Below are positions 48,533 to 61,057 of a DNA stretch of 64,000 nucleotides, piece by piece. Position 1 is the stretch's first letter. Every line of letters begins with the position of its first letter. The position numbers and the translations under genes are program-made. The stretch is taken from positions 28,854 to 92,853 of the forward strand of contig JAFQTP010000007.1 in assembly GCA_017409005.1 (NCBI GenBank). Reading direction: 5' to 3'. The notes beneath the pieces were generated by a model. It searched no databases and was not told the DNA's origin. It worked only from the letters and a program-made list of their open reading frames with translations. This DNA comes from Clostridia bacterium (lineage in GTDB: Bacteria; Bacillota; Clostridia; Christensenellales; UBA1242).

Positions 48533-48647
48533 TTTTAACAGACTTTAACATTTCGTTAAGGTCTTTTTTATGGTAATTAGTTGTCAATCTAAAAATCTTG
48601 AAGTAATATATAAATATATTAAACTATTGTTTAAGAGGAGATTACTT

Positions 48648-50543
48648 ATGACAAAAAAGAAAATTGTTCAACTTGTTTTTTGTTTAATTAGTTTCTTACT
48701 TGTTGCAGCAATGGTTGTTGCTGGTTTAATTTTTTCTAAGGATAACGATGGCGAAATATCTGCCGAGGAAAAACTTGAACTAGTTTTAAGCAAAACTGGT
48801 GCAGCAATGGAAACAAATAATAAAAAATTGGCAAACAGCTTTAATGCTGCTGTAGACCAAAAGAAAGCTCAAGCCGAAGCTGAAGATTCTGGCTCACAAA
48901 CTCAAGCGTTAACAAGTTATAAAAACAAAGTTGGTGCTTACATGAGCGACACCGAAGAAGAACTTTTTAATGATTGTTTGTGGGAAATTAATTATTTTGC
49001 TGGTTACTATGGTTTTTCTGAGTATTTTAACGAGTTTTTAGATATTTCGTTTTTAAACAACACCTATTTTGTTAATCAAACACTTTATGATGGCGATTAT
49101 TATGCAAAATTTGTTTTAAACGAAAATTCACTTCAACTTTTGCTTGATAGAAAAGCAAATGCCGATACAAACGAAAGTGAAAACTTAGATATTACAGTGT
49201 TCTTTAACGAGAACTATAATCCAACAAAAATGGAATTTTATAGTGTATTTAAAAATCCAGATAGTGAAACACCATATTTATATTTCCATCATGCAACAAT
49301 AAATTTTGCTAGTTCAACCTTTACTTATTACAACAACTCGTTTCCAATTAATACAACCTACGAACAATTTACAAATTTCTCTGATGCTGATTTAATTGAA
49401 AACATGCGTGCTGCCGAGTATTTTTATTTGAATTATAACGATGTTTCAACTCTAGATGGTTTTTATATTTGGGATATTGAAGAGGTTGATTGGGGCACAA
49501 CCATTAACTCTGATTTGCAAGCAAACATTTTAACAAAATGTAAAGCTGCTGGCTATAAAGATTTTACAACCTACAGCACCGATAATTTCGATCACGAAAA
49601 TGCTTTAACCTATGAAAAGGGTAACGAGTGCATTAACTATGCATTTAATAAATATATTATCGAGCAAGATTCTAAAGGTGAATATTTAATTGCTCGTCAA
49701 GCTAAAGGTATTGACCAAAACGTTATGATTGGCATCGATTCGTTTGCTGAAATGCTTTTAGGAGATTTGGAAGTATCAGAACAATTTAATCAATTAAATT
49801 ACGTGGTTAATAACGAATTAACAAACAACGAAGATGTTAACTTTAAAAAAGAGTTGAATTCACAAAATCCAATTAGCACACAAACTATTACCGATGTAAA
49901 AAATTGGTTCGATAACGAATATGATAGCAGTAAATATTATTTCCAAACCATCACTTTTGGAAATTACAAAATTACTATTGAAAATTCGGTAGTTAACATT
50001 GTTAAATTGGGAACAAATAGTGCAGAGGTTTTATGTGTTCAATCATACAGCCCTAATAGTGCTTATGTATATTACTATAACATTACTGAAACGGGAACAG
50101 TTTTGTTTAGTTACGATTTTGCTGAAAATGCAGATTCTTGGTGGTACACTTATGATTCAGACGCACAAGAATGGATAGAAAATTTAAGAAAACGCACAAC
50201 CTATGCTGTTGAATATGGGAAACTTGATTTAACTTATTCAAACTATATGGCTAATTATTATAGCGAAAATAAAGGTTTAGAATGTGGAACCGATTATAAC
50301 GTTTTAGAGGTAAGCAATATTTCTTATTATTACTATGTTGATGCCAACGATTCTGCTAAAACAGAATTAAGTTATTATTATAATGGCAAATATAATGAAA
50401 AGAATATTCATGTTGCAGCACATAAAAATAATAACGAAAGCGCTTACAATTATTGCTATGAAGGGACAGATGTTTACATGTATTTCAACTACTGGGCAAT
50501 AAGAGATGCTTTAGGAAGTGTTGGTTTTACATATAACGCATAA
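48648..50543 (+). CDS. Large secreted/membrane-anchored Tyr/Asn-rich hypothetical protein
   Basis: N-terminal hydrophobic anchor; RBS GAGGAG. Confidence 0.7.
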   Translation: MTKKKIVQLVFCLISFLLVAAMVVAGLIFSKDNDGEISAEEKLELVLSKTGAAMETNNKKLANSFNAAVDQKKAQAEAEDSGSQTQALTSYKNKVGAYMSDTEEELFNDCLWEINYFAGYYGFSEYFNEFLDISFLNNTYFVNQTLYDGDYYAKFVLNENSLQLLLDRKANADTNESENLDITVFFNENYNPTKMEFYSVFKNPDSETPYLYFHHATINFASSTFTYYNNSFPINTTYEQFTNFSDADLIENMRAAEYFYLNYNDVSTLDGFYIWDIEEVDWGTTINSDLQANILTKCKAAGYKDFTTYSTDNFDHENALTYEKGNECINYAFNKYIIEQDSKGEYLIARQAKGIDQNVMIGIDSFAEMLLGDLEVSEQFNQLNYVVNNELTNNEDVNFKKELNSQNPISTQTITDVKNWFDNEYDSSKYYFQTITFGNYKITIENSVVNIVKLGTNSAEVLCVQSYSPNSAYVYYYNITETGTVLFSYDFAENADSWWYTYDSDAQEWIENLRKRTTYAVEYGKLDLTYSNYMANYYSENKGLECGTDYNVLEVSNISYYYYVDANDSAKTELSYYYNGKYNEKNIHVAAHKNNNESAYNYCYEGTDVYMYFNYWAIRDALGSVGFTYNA

Positions 50544-50682
50544 TTAAAACAAAAAATGGTGCTTAGGCATCATTTTTTTATTTTAAATAAGTTAAATTAT
50601 ATAAATAAATTAATTTTATCCGCTTTTTATTTGTTTGGAAGTTGCTTGATTAATGTGATATACTTTTAATTAGGAAATTATT

Positions 50683-51105
50683 ATGGATAAAATGTTTACA
50701 AACTTGCAAAATTTAACACCTCAAAAAGCCAAAAACTTAAATCCACAGGTTTTGGCTTTTGTTGGTGATAGTGTTTACACATTGTTTGTTCGAACCATGC
50801 TTGCTGAAAAGTTTGATGTTAAAAGCGGAAAACTTCATAATCTTGCAAACGAATATGTTAAAGCGGGTGGGCAAAGCGATGCTCTTACAAACATTTTAGA
50901 GGTTTTGTTGGAAGACGAAATGGCAATTTTTAAGCGTGCTAGAAACTATAAAACCCATTCGGTTGCAAAAAATGCGAATGTTATTGATTACAAACGTGCA
51001 ACAGGGTTTGAGGCTGTTGTTGGATATTTATATTTAATTGGAAATTATAACCGATTAAATGAAATTTTAAATTTGTGTGTTAAAGGAGATTCTCATGAAA
51101 GTTGA
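50683..51105 (+). CDS. mrnC: Mini-ribonuclease III
   Basis: LAFVGDSVY, KRARN and YKRATGFEAVVGYLYL; upstream of rlmB. Confidence 0.92.
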   Translation: MDKMFTNLQNLTPQKAKNLNPQVLAFVGDSVYTLFVRTMLAEKFDVKSGKLHNLANEYVKAGGQSDALTNILEVLLEDEMAIFKRARNYKTHSVAKNANVIDYKRATGFEAVVGYLYLIGNYNRLNEILNLCVKGDSHES

Positions 51106-51817
51106 GGGTAGAAATGCTGTTAGAGAACTTGTTTTAAACGGAACCACTATTGATAGGGTTTTAATTCAAAACAACTTGCACGACGCTGTTATTACCGATT
51201 TAATTGATTTATGTAAAAGTCGAAAAATTAGGTTTCAATTTGTTGCTGCAAACATTTTAAATAACGAAAGCGTAACAAAACATCACCAAGGAGTAATTGC
51301 TTACACCTCGGAATTTAAATATTCGGCAACCGAAGATATTTTAGAGTACGCTAAAGAAAAAGGTGAGGACCCATTTATTTTAATTTTAGATGGTATTGAA
51401 GACCCACACAATTTAGGAAGTATTTTGCGTAATTGCGATTGCATGGGCGTGCATGGTGTAATAATTGAAAAAACTAGGGCTTGTCAGGTTAACGAAACTG
51501 TTATTAAAACCAGTGCTGGGGCTACAAGCTATGTTAAAGTTGCACGTGTGGCAAACATTAACAACGAAATTGAAAAACTAAAAAAACAAAATGTTTGGGT
51601 TTATGCTTGCGAGTTGGGTGGCGAAAACCTAACAAAAGCAAACTTAACAGGGCCCATTGCCATTGTTATTGGCAGCGAGGGGCGAGGAACTGGCAAATTA
51701 ACACTTAAAATTTGCGATGGAACAGTAACCATTCCACAATACGGAAAAATTAATTCGCTTAATGCAAGTGTTGCAACCGGCGTAATTTTATATGAAGTAA
51801 GGCGTCAGCGCGGATAA
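51095..51817 (+). CDS. rlmB: 23S rRNA Gm2251 methyltransferase
   Basis: EGRNAV, DPHNLGSI, GSEGRG and SLNASVA SpoU motifs. Confidence 0.92.
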   Translation: MKVEGRNAVRELVLNGTTIDRVLIQNNLHDAVITDLIDLCKSRKIRFQFVAANILNNESVTKHHQGVIAYTSEFKYSATEDILEYAKEKGEDPFILILDGIEDPHNLGSILRNCDCMGVHGVIIEKTRACQVNETVIKTSAGATSYVKVARVANINNEIEKLKKQNVWVYACELGGENLTKANLTGPIAIVIGSEGRGTGKLTLKICDGTVTIPQYGKINSLNASVATGVILYEVRRQRG

Positions 51818-51831
51818 AACTTTAAGGAAAT

Positions 51832-52440
51832 TTGATGGATAAATTATCGGAAGATAAGTTAATAGCACTTGCCAAAAGTGGCAACGAACAAGCACAAGAG
51901 CAACTGCTAAACAATTATAAGCAGTTGGTTAGTTTTGTTGCTCGCCATTATTTTTTGGTGGGTGGCGACCAAGACGATTTAATTCAAGAAGGCATGATTG
52001 GGCTATATAAAGCAATTAATAGTTACGACGAAACTAAAAATGATAATTTTGGGGCTTATGCAAAAACATTAATTGAACATCAAGTTATTAATGCAATTAA
52101 AAGCGATAGCGCATTAAAAAATTCGATGTTAAACCAATCGCTTAATCTAAACAATCAGGGCTTTGTTAGCTACGACGACGAAGACGACAGCCCAATTTTT
52201 GTGGTTCCATCTAACAAACTTACACCCGAAAATTTAATTTTATCTAGCGAAGGAACTAAAAACATTGCCAAAGAAATTAAAAAAGTTTTATCTGATTATG
52301 AGTTAAAGGTTTTGAAACTTTACTTAAAAGGGTTAAACTATAATGACATTGCAAGTGTAATTAGTGCAACACCCAAAAGTGTTGATAATGCACTTAATCG
52401 TATAAAAACCAAACTGCAATTTTTAAAGGAAAGGAGTTAA
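51832..52440 (+). CDS. sigH: RNA polymerase sigma factor H
   Basis: YFLVGGDQDDLIQEGMIGLYKA and KSVDNALNRIK; synteny with rlmB. Confidence 0.88.
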   Translation: MMDKLSEDKLIALAKSGNEQAQEQLLNNYKQLVSFVARHYFLVGGDQDDLIQEGMIGLYKAINSYDETKNDNFGAYAKTLIEHQVINAIKSDSALKNSMLNQSLNLNNQGFVSYDDEDDSPIFVVPSNKLTPENLILSSEGTKNIAKEIKKVLSDYELKVLKLYLKGLNYNDIASVISATPKSVDNALNRIKTKLQFLKERS

Positions 52441-52441
52441 T

Positions 52442-53950
52442 ATGTATTTAGCATTATATCGAAAATATAGACCAACAACTTTCGATGGTGTTATTGGGCA
52501 AGAGCACATTACCACCAGTTTAAAAAACCAAATTAAAAACGATGCTATTTCGCACGCATATTTATTTTGCGGAACAAGGGGAACTGGTAAAACCAGTGTT
52601 GCAAAAATTTTTGCAAAAAGTATTAACTGCGAACACCCGGTTGGTGGTAGTGCTTGTGGCAAATGCCCAACTTGTGTGGCACTAAACGACCCAAGCAACC
52701 TAGATATTTTAGAAATTGACGCTGCAAGTAACAACCGTGTAGACGAAATTAGAGAACTTAGGGAAAAAGTTAAATATCCGCCAGTTAATGGCAAGTTTAA
52801 AGTGTATATTATCGACGAGGTTCACATGTTAACCGATTCGGCATTTAATGCACTTTTAAAAACTTTAGAGGAACCGCCTAAACATGTTGTGTTTATTTTA
52901 GCTACAACCGAGGTTCAAAAACTTCCTGCAACTATTTTAAGCAGATGTTTAAGGTTCGATTTTAAACTTGTTGGTTTAACAGATTTAGAAAATCACTTAA
53001 AACGAATTTTTAACGATAGCGGAATTAAATTTGACGATAGTGCAGTTAGTTTAATTGCAAGGCTTGGCGAAGGTAGTGTGCGCGATACACTTTCAATTGC
53101 CGATATGTGCGTTGCCTACACAAACAAAAATATTACCTACGATGCGGTTTTAAATGCTGTTGGTGCAATCGATAAAAATGCGCTTAGTTTGCTTGCAGGG
53201 CATATTTTAAAAGGTGATGTGCATAATTTACTTAACGAACTAAATGTTATTATTGAAAAAGGTAAAAACATTGCTCAAATTGCAAAAGATTTAGCAGGAT
53301 ATTTTAGAGATTTAGCGGTTGTTAAAACTTGTGAAGATTTTAATGCTATTTTAAAATATCCAGAAACCTTTGTTGAAAAACTAAAAGAACAAGCAAATGT
53401 TTCGGAAACCGATGTTATTTTAAAGGCTTTAAAAACCTATTCGGCATTAGATAACGAATTTAGACTTATAACTAATCCACGTATTGTGTTAGAGGTTGCA
53501 AGTTTGAATTTGTGCGACGAAATTAAAAATCACGTTAGCCTTGAAAAACGAGTTGAAGCCCTAGAGGTTAAAAAGCCACAAACAATGCAAGTTGCGGCAG
53601 TTGCTATGCCTGAAGTTGTTTTACAAAATCCAACAGAGCAAGATTCCGATAAAACATTGTTTGGAAAATTACTAGTTAATTTGCGTAAACAAAACGAAGT
53701 TATGCTAATTGCTTTGCTTGGCGAAAACACAAACTTTAGTTTAAATGGTAAGGTTTTAACTTTAATAAGTTCGCACGAGCAAGAGTTTAAAGCGTTAACA
53801 AAACCAGATAATCTTAAAATTTTAAACAACATCATGAACGAAATAAAAGCTGGATATTCAATTAATGTTGAATATAAGGAAGAAAAAGTTGAAAAAAGTG
53901 TTGAAGATATTTTAAGGGAAAAATTTGGCGACGATATTAATTTTAAGTAA
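52442..53950 (+). CDS. dnaX: DNA polymerase III gamma/tau
   Basis: YRKYRP, GTRGTGKT, EIDAAS, DEVHML and SRC motifs. Confidence 0.96.
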   Translation: MYLALYRKYRPTTFDGVIGQEHITTSLKNQIKNDAISHAYLFCGTRGTGKTSVAKIFAKSINCEHPVGGSACGKCPTCVALNDPSNLDILEIDAASNNRVDEIRELREKVKYPPVNGKFKVYIIDEVHMLTDSAFNALLKTLEEPPKHVVFILATTEVQKLPATILSRCLRFDFKLVGLTDLENHLKRIFNDSGIKFDDSAVSLIARLGEGSVRDTLSIADMCVAYTNKNITYDAVLNAVGAIDKNALSLLAGHILKGDVHNLLNELNVIIEKGKNIAQIAKDLAGYFRDLAVVKTCEDFNAILKYPETFVEKLKEQANVSETDVILKALKTYSALDNEFRLITNPRIVLEVASLNLCDEIKNHVSLEKRVEALEVKKPQTMQVAAVAMPEVVLQNPTEQDSDKTLFGKLLVNLRKQNEVMLIALLGENTNFSLNGKVLTLISSHEQEFKALTKPDNLKILNNIMNEIKAGYSINVEYKEEKVEKSVEDILREKFGDDINFK

Positions 53951-53967
53951 AAAGGAGATACAAAGTT

Positions 53968-54300
53968 ATGTATAAAGGATTTGGTGGAATGGGCGGAGGT
54001 AATATGCAAAACCTTATGCGCCAAGCACAAAAAATGCAAGAAGAAATGATAAAAAAGCAACAAGAAGCTGAAGAAAAACTTGAAAGCACAGTTTTAAGTG
54101 CTTCTAGTGGTGGCGGAATGGTTACTGTTGAAATTACCGGAAGCAAAAAAATTACTGCAGTAAAAATTAATCCTGCAGCAGTTGACCCTGACGATGTTGA
54201 AATGCTTGAAGATATGGTTTTGGCATGTGTTAACGAGGCACTTGCAAAAGCCGACGAACTAGAAAAAGAACTTAAACCAAACTTGCTTGGCGGTATGTAA
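53968..54300 (+). CDS. ybaB: YbaB/EbfC nucleoid-associated protein
   Basis: QAQKMQ, GGGMV and [10 protein letters not shown]; lies between dnaX and recR. Confidence 0.93.
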   Translation: MYKGFGGMGGGNMQNLMRQAQKMQEEMIKKQQEAEEKLESTVLSASSGGGMVTVEITGSKKITAVKINPAAVDPDDVEMLEDMVLACVNEALAKADELEKELKPNLLGGM

Positions 54301-54301
54301 T

Positions 54302-54895
54302 ATGAAAGATAATATTGAAAGTATGGAAAAACTTATAAATGCTTTCACTTATCTTCCTGGTGTTGGCCGAAAAACAGCCGAGCGTTATGCTTATTCAATT
54401 ATTGGTTTAAACGACGACGAGGTTGGTTTTTTTGCTGATAGTTTGCTAGAGGTTAAAAACAAAATAAAATTATGTTCGGTTTGCGGAAATTTTACCGACG
54501 AAAACGAATGCGAAATTTGTCGAACCAGAAAATCGGATACAATTTGTGTGGTTAAAGAACCTAAAGACATTATGGCAATAGAAAAAGCTCGTAACTATAA
54601 TGGTTTATATCATGTTTTACACGGAACCATTAATCCACTTGAAGGCAAAGGCCCCAACGACATTAGAATTAAAGAGCTTGTTTCGCGTGTTGGTGGTGGA
54701 CAAATTAAAGAGGTTATTGTTGCAACTAACCCAGATGTTGAGGGCGAGGTTACTGCAAGCTACATTGCTCAAATTTTAAAACCATTAAATGTTAAAGTTA
54801 CACGTATTGCACAAGGAATTAGCATGGGTAGTGCACTTCAGTATGCCGACGAAGTTACTTTAAGTAAAGCAATTGCCGACAGAAAAGAAATGTAA
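54302..54895 (+). CDS. recR: Recombination protein RecR
   Basis: [12 protein letters not shown]4 zinc finger, YHVLHG and YADEVTL. Confidence 0.95.
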   Translation: MKDNIESMEKLINAFTYLPGVGRKTAERYAYSIIGLNDDEVGFFADSLLEVKNKIKLCSVCGNFTDENECEICRTRKSDTICVVKEPKDIMAIEKARNYNGLYHVLHGTINPLEGKGPNDIRIKELVSRVGGGQIKEVIVATNPDVEGEVTASYIAQILKPLNVKVTRIAQGISMGSALQYADEVTLSKAIADRKEM

Positions 54896-54998
54896 TTAAA
54901 AGCAATTATTTAATAAAAAAAGAACGAAGTTAAATTTCTTCGCTCTTTTTTGTTTGATTTATTGGTTTGGGCTTAAAATTAAGCCGTGGTGGCAAAAA

Positions 54999-55805
54999 CT
55001 ATAAAAGTTCAAGTGCTCGCAAGCAAATTGTAACAAGTTCCTCTCTAAGCGCAATTTTATCGTATTTGCGCCATTCCCATTCGGTTGGTTTAACTCTGTC
55101 GGTAAAGTATAGTAACGAGCCAAAACGTAGTCCGTTAAATTTTGCACAAGCCGAAAGCGACGCGCATTCCATATCTACGCCAATGGCACCCTCTTTACGA
55201 CGGCGTTCAGTTCGGTTTGGTGTTTCTCGATACATTGCGTCAACCGTCCAAATTATGCCATTAACAGCGGCTTTATTAAATTCTGCAAGTGCTGCTTCAA
55301 TGGCACTATTTACAACGGCATGTGTGTTAACTGTGCGGCTTGCAGGTAAGTAGTGGTAGCTTAAACCTTCGTCCCTTATTGCAGAGTTAGGAATAAAATA
55401 TTTTTCAATATCAACATCTTCGGCAATGCAACCACACGAACCGCAAGCAATAAAGGTGTTAATTCCAACAAACTCTAGCTCTTCCATTAAGTTTGCGGCA
55501 CCTGGTCCGCCAAGTGGGCAAAGGGCAATTAAAAATTTGTTATCGTATAAATAAACTGGCGAATATGTGCTAGCCGATTTAAAATCGTAAATTTTTTCGC
55601 ATTTATTATAAATTGAGGTTAATTTATTGAAATCACGTGGAAAGAAAATTAAGCATTTATATATTCCCAGTTTTTTAACTTTGTCAAATTGCTCGAAAGG
55701 TTTTTTGCCGGCACTAAAAAAATAGTTTTTGCTTTGTTCGGCACTATCTTCGTCAAATTCTAAAATAGGTGCATTTTCTACTAATGTTTTATAATCTTTT
55801 TCCAT
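54999..55805 (-). CDS. Nucleoside phosphorylase (PNP/UDP family)
   Basis: GSCG, AIRDEGLSYHY, YRET and VDMEC motifs. Confidence 0.88.
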   Translation of the reverse strand: MEKDYKTLVENAPILEFDEDSAEQSKNYFFSAGKKPFEQFDKVKKLGIYKCLIFFPRDFNKLTSIYNKCEKIYDFKSASTYSPVYLYDNKFLIALCPLGGPGAANLMEELEFVGINTFIACGSCGCIAEDVDIEKYFIPNSAIRDEGLSYHYLPASRTVNTHAVVNSAIEAALAEFNKAAVNGIIWTVDAMYRETPNRTERRRKEGAIGVDMECASLSACAKFNGLRFGSLLYFTDRVKPTEWEWRKYDKIALREELVTICLRALELL

Positions 55806-55937
55806 AGTTGTCCTTAATTTGTGGTATAAATTTTAACTATTTTTATTATTATATATTTATGTTTTTTATTCAAGTAAATTGAATTTAAAAGTAAAAAAAA
55901 GACGTTAAATTAATTAACGCCTTTTTGTTTTCTTTAA

Positions 55938-57254
<1,317 letters not shown>

Positions 57255-57455
57255 TCACCTCATAAAATTTTTTCATTGATTGTAATCAACTCTAAGTATT
57301 ATAATATCACAAAATTTTTTAATTGTTTATTAATTATTACCTTAAAATTTTTAAACCTAAATAAATTTGGTAAAATTATGCAAAATATATATAATTTAAA
57401 TAAAATTTATGATAGAATGATTTATGTAATAAATAAAAACAGTTTAGGAGTTGTT

Positions 57456-59003
57456 ATGTTTAAACAAGTTTCTAAAATTAAATATTTGCTAATTTTGTTG
57501 GCTTTTGTTTTAATGGCTTTATGTGTTCCAACTAGCACCTATGTGTTGGCTGAAACAACAACCACACAAAATAATGTTAAAGTTGAAAACAATGCTGTTG
57601 CAGTTTTAGAAGATGGTGCGGGTGAGGACCCTGGTGCAACTGGAGAGAACGAAGGTGCTGGCGAGGGGCAAACACCAACTCCACCAGCAAGTTTAGGTGC
57701 TCCGGTTTTAAACGACCAAGATGGTATTAACGATGTTTACTTATACCAATATTTATTGCAAACTTACAATAATTATTATGGTTTAACCGATTTAAGGCAC
57801 GAAACTGAAACTACTTCCGACGACCCAGCAACTCAACTTTATGTTGAAATGTTTAAAGATTTTACTGAAATTAGTTTAACCAACACTAATGCTTTAATTA
57901 AAAGCGTTAAGGGTTTAAAAGTTTTAAACTTAGAAAACTTAAAAGTTTTAAACTTAGGACAAAACCAAATTTCTGAAATTGATGTAGAAGATTTAAAAAA
58001 TTTAAATAGTTTAGAAGAATTAATATTATACGATAACGAATTAACAACACTAACAATTCCATCTGGCTTAACGCATTTAAGAGTTGTTAACTTAAATAAA
58101 AACAAATTAACAAGTTTCGATGCAAGTTTAATTAATTCGGGCGAAGTTTATTTGAGTTTTAACCGCATTTCAAGCATTCAAGATGTTAAACTCCCACGCA
58201 TTATTTATAGCACAAACCTTTATGTTGAATTATTTAACAATAATATAACTGATGCCGACACAACTTATTTAGCAGGATTAACTAACGAAGCAAAAATTAA
58301 ACTAGAACTTGGTTTGCAAGGTTATGGCTTAAACTATAAAGCTAACGAACAAAATGTTGCAACTCCAGTTATTTGTAAGGCAAACAAACTAAAATTTTAT
58401 AATAGTTTAAAATATCCAAACCTAAAAGCAAACATTTATAGTAATGCCGATAATGCTTTGGTTAAAGGAATTGTAAATAACACTGAATCTAACATAACCG
58501 AAATTAGTTTAGAAGTTGGCGAATATAGGGTTGAATTTGTTGATGCTACTAGTGGAAATAGCTTATACGATTACACCGACGAATTTAATTGCGCATTTAA
58601 AACACACAACGCATTTAAAATTGTTCCAACAAGCCCAGTTGTTAAGTTTGTTATTAAAGGAACAGAATATGATAACTATGGTAAATTTAGTGGCACAGGC
58701 AAACTAGTGGCAACCAATCAAGACGAAGTTGGCGAAATTTACTATTCAATTTCTGGTGGCGAATGGATTAAAGGAAACGAAGTAACACTAAATCGTGGTG
58801 GACAATATAATGTTGAATTTAAATGTGTTGTTGGCGATATTTCAAGCGATAGCGCTTATGAAAGTGCTCCAGTTATTAAAATGGTTACTCAATCGTTAAA
58901 CCCATATATTCCAGATGTTGTTTCTTTAATTATTTTAATTGCACTTGCACTTGTTTTATTCTTTGTGGTGCTTCCACTGCTTGTTAAAGTAATTAAACGA
59001 TAA
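57456..59003 (+). CDS. Leucine-rich-repeat surface protein
   Basis: Signal peptide, LxxLxLxxNxI repeats, C-terminal TM; RBS AGGAG. Confidence 0.8.
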   Translation: MFKQVSKIKYLLILLAFVLMALCVPTSTYVLAETTTTQNNVKVENNAVAVLEDGAGEDPGATGENEGAGEGQTPTPPASLGAPVLNDQDGINDVYLYQYLLQTYNNYYGLTDLRHETETTSDDPATQLYVEMFKDFTEISLTNTNALIKSVKGLKVLNLENLKVLNLGQNQISEIDVEDLKNLNSLEELILYDNELTTLTIPSGLTHLRVVNLNKNKLTSFDASLINSGEVYLSFNRISSIQDVKLPRIIYSTNLYVELFNNNITDADTTYLAGLTNEAKIKLELGLQGYGLNYKANEQNVATPVICKANKLKFYNSLKYPNLKANIYSNADNALVKGIVNNTESNITEISLEVGEYRVEFVDATSGNSLYDYTDEFNCAFKTHNAFKIVPTSPVVKFVIKGTEYDNYGKFSGTGKLVATNQDEVGEIYYSISGGEWIKGNEVTLNRGGQYNVEFKCVVGDISSDSAYESAPVIKMVTQSLNPYIPDVVSLIILIALALVLFFVVLPLLVKVIKR

Positions 59004-59135
59004 TAAAAATATAAAACTAAAGGCAAAGGGAAACCTTTGCTTTTTTTATTGTTTTATAAAGCAATATAAAACTAGTTATTTACATAAAAATAAAAATAAA
59101 ACCCAAACTACTAAAAATATTGTTTTAGGTGAACT

Positions 59136-59963
59136 ATGGGTAAATTTAAAGAAATTATTTATGTTGTTTGCGTGGTGGCGGTGCTAATTGCGGTTTCGTT
59201 AATTTTAGGTTTTAGCGGAACTAAAAATGCCGAATATAACTATGTTAAACTCGAAATTAATCCGGCACTTGAGTTTTTGTGCGATGGCAGTGGAAAAGTT
59301 GTAACAATGTTTCCAGTAAACGCTGAAGCAAAAGAACTTATTATTGCAGAGCAATTTGTGGGATTAAAGGCTGAAGATGCAAGTAAAAAGTTTGTTGATT
59401 TGTGTGTTCAAGCAGGATATATTGATGTTGATAGGCAAGATAATGCGGTTAAACTAACAATTATAACTGGGTTAACCGAAATGCTTGATGTTAAAATTTA
59501 TAATAAGGTTAGTTCGTATCTACTTGAAAATCAGATAAAAGCAGTAATTGTTGAAAACGAAAGCGACCTCGAGGAATTTAAAGAAGCAAAAAAATATGGT
59601 GTTAGCTCAAACAAATTTAGTTTAATGGAATCGGTAAGCCGGTTGTATCCTGATATAGAAATGGATAGTTTAAAAAAGTTAAGTAAAAAGGAACTAATTA
59701 AAAAAATTAAAACTGCACACCAAAACTTGTTTGAAAGTGTTGTAACGTATACACCCGAACAACTTGCAAACAAAACAAAACTAATCGATTTTAACAGAGC
59801 AAAATTAAATAATCATAAAGAATTAATTACAAAAACTTCTAAAAGTGAGTTTGCGGACGAATATAAACAATTTGTAAAATTGCAACAAAAATATTACGAA
59901 CAAAACTTTAATAAACAACACGAAATGTGGAAAGCCAACAAAATTAACTCTTCTATTGCTTAA
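59136..59963 (+). CDS. Protein with RsgI-like extracellular domain
   Basis: TM followed by YVKLEINPALEF...PVNAEA. Confidence 0.65.
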   Translation: MGKFKEIIYVVCVVAVLIAVSLILGFSGTKNAEYNYVKLEINPALEFLCDGSGKVVTMFPVNAEAKELIIAEQFVGLKAEDASKKFVDLCVQAGYIDVDRQDNAVKLTIITGLTEMLDVKIYNKVSSYLLENQIKAVIVENESDLEEFKEAKKYGVSSNKFSLMESVSRLYPDIEMDSLKKLSKKELIKKIKTAHQNLFESVVTYTPEQLANKTKLIDFNRAKLNNHKELITKTSKSEFADEYKQFVKLQQKYYEQNFNKQHEMWKANKINSSIA

Positions 59964-60078
59964 AAAGGGGTGGTTTTAGTCAAAAAGCTTAAATTTGGTT
60001 GTAAAAACGCTAATTTGTTAGTATACTATTAGCACTAAATTATTTTTAAATTTAAACCAAATTTTTCGTGGAGGATTT

Positions 60079-60909
60079 ATGAAAAAAGAGGGCTTAGTTT
60101 TGTTTGTGTCGGGCTCTAGCGGCGTTGGCAAAAACACATTGATTCAAGGGTTACTAGCAAAAGAAGGTTATAAATTTATTTCCTCTTATACCACTCGTGC
60201 ACCAAGGGAATCTGATGCACCTAACCAATATCAATATATTTCGGTTGCTGATTTTGAGGCTAAAATTAAGTCTAACGAAATTTTGGAATACGATATTTAT
60301 AACGAAAACTATTATGGCACAAGCCGTAAAATGTTTATTGATGGTTTAAACGACGCTAAAGTTGTTATGAAAGACGTAACTGTTTTAGGGCATAAAAATA
60401 TTGTTGAAAAAATGGGGAACGAAGTAAACCTTTTATCAGTGTTTTTAACCGCAGATAAAAAGGTTTTAAAGCAACGTTTAACCGATAGGGGCGAAAAACC
60501 AGAAAAAATTAAAGCAAGGTTAGAACTTTATAAAAAAGAACAATCACAAATTCCTAATTACGATTTTGTTATTAAAAACACAGTTTATTTAAAATCGCTT
60601 GAAAAATTAGAAAAACTTTGCGAAGTTGGTTTAGGAAATGCAAGGCTTTTGCCAACTAAGGAATATAATAAACTTAGTGCTAAAAAAATTGATAAACATG
60701 CTGCAAAACTTGAACAAGGCAAAATTTTAAAACCAATTAAAGTTGCAATGTTTGAAGGCGAAATTTACATTGTTGATGGTGTTCACCGTTATTTAGCAAG
60801 TTTAAAAACTGGCAAAAATGTGGTTAAAGAGTTTGTAGATATAACTCCTAAAAACACTCAAACCAACTTAGAAGAATGGGATAAAATTGTTAAAGCTTAC
60901 ACAATTTAA
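60079..60909 (+). CDS. gmk: Guanylate kinase fused to a ParB/Srx-like domain
   Basis: GSSGVGKNT, SYTTRAPR and YYGT; C-terminal PIKV...IVDGVHRY. Confidence 0.75.
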   Translation: MKKEGLVLFVSGSSGVGKNTLIQGLLAKEGYKFISSYTTRAPRESDAPNQYQYISVADFEAKIKSNEILEYDIYNENYYGTSRKMFIDGLNDAKVVMKDVTVLGHKNIVEKMGNEVNLLSVFLTADKKVLKQRLTDRGEKPEKIKARLELYKKEQSQIPNYDFVIKNTVYLKSLEKLEKLCEVGLGNARLLPTKEYNKLSAKKIDKHAAKLEQGKILKPIKVAMFEGEIYIVDGVHRYLASLKTGKNVVKEFVDITPKNTQTNLEEWDKIVKAYTI

Positions 60910-61057
60910 AACAACGGCAACCAATGTTTGGTTGCCTTTTTTGTTGGTAGAAATTTAAAAACTTACAATATTTTTTAAATGTTAGTAAATATCGTTATTA
61001 AAAACGACAATAATTTGTTAAAATAATAATTGATTAAAAATAAATTTGAGAGATGTA

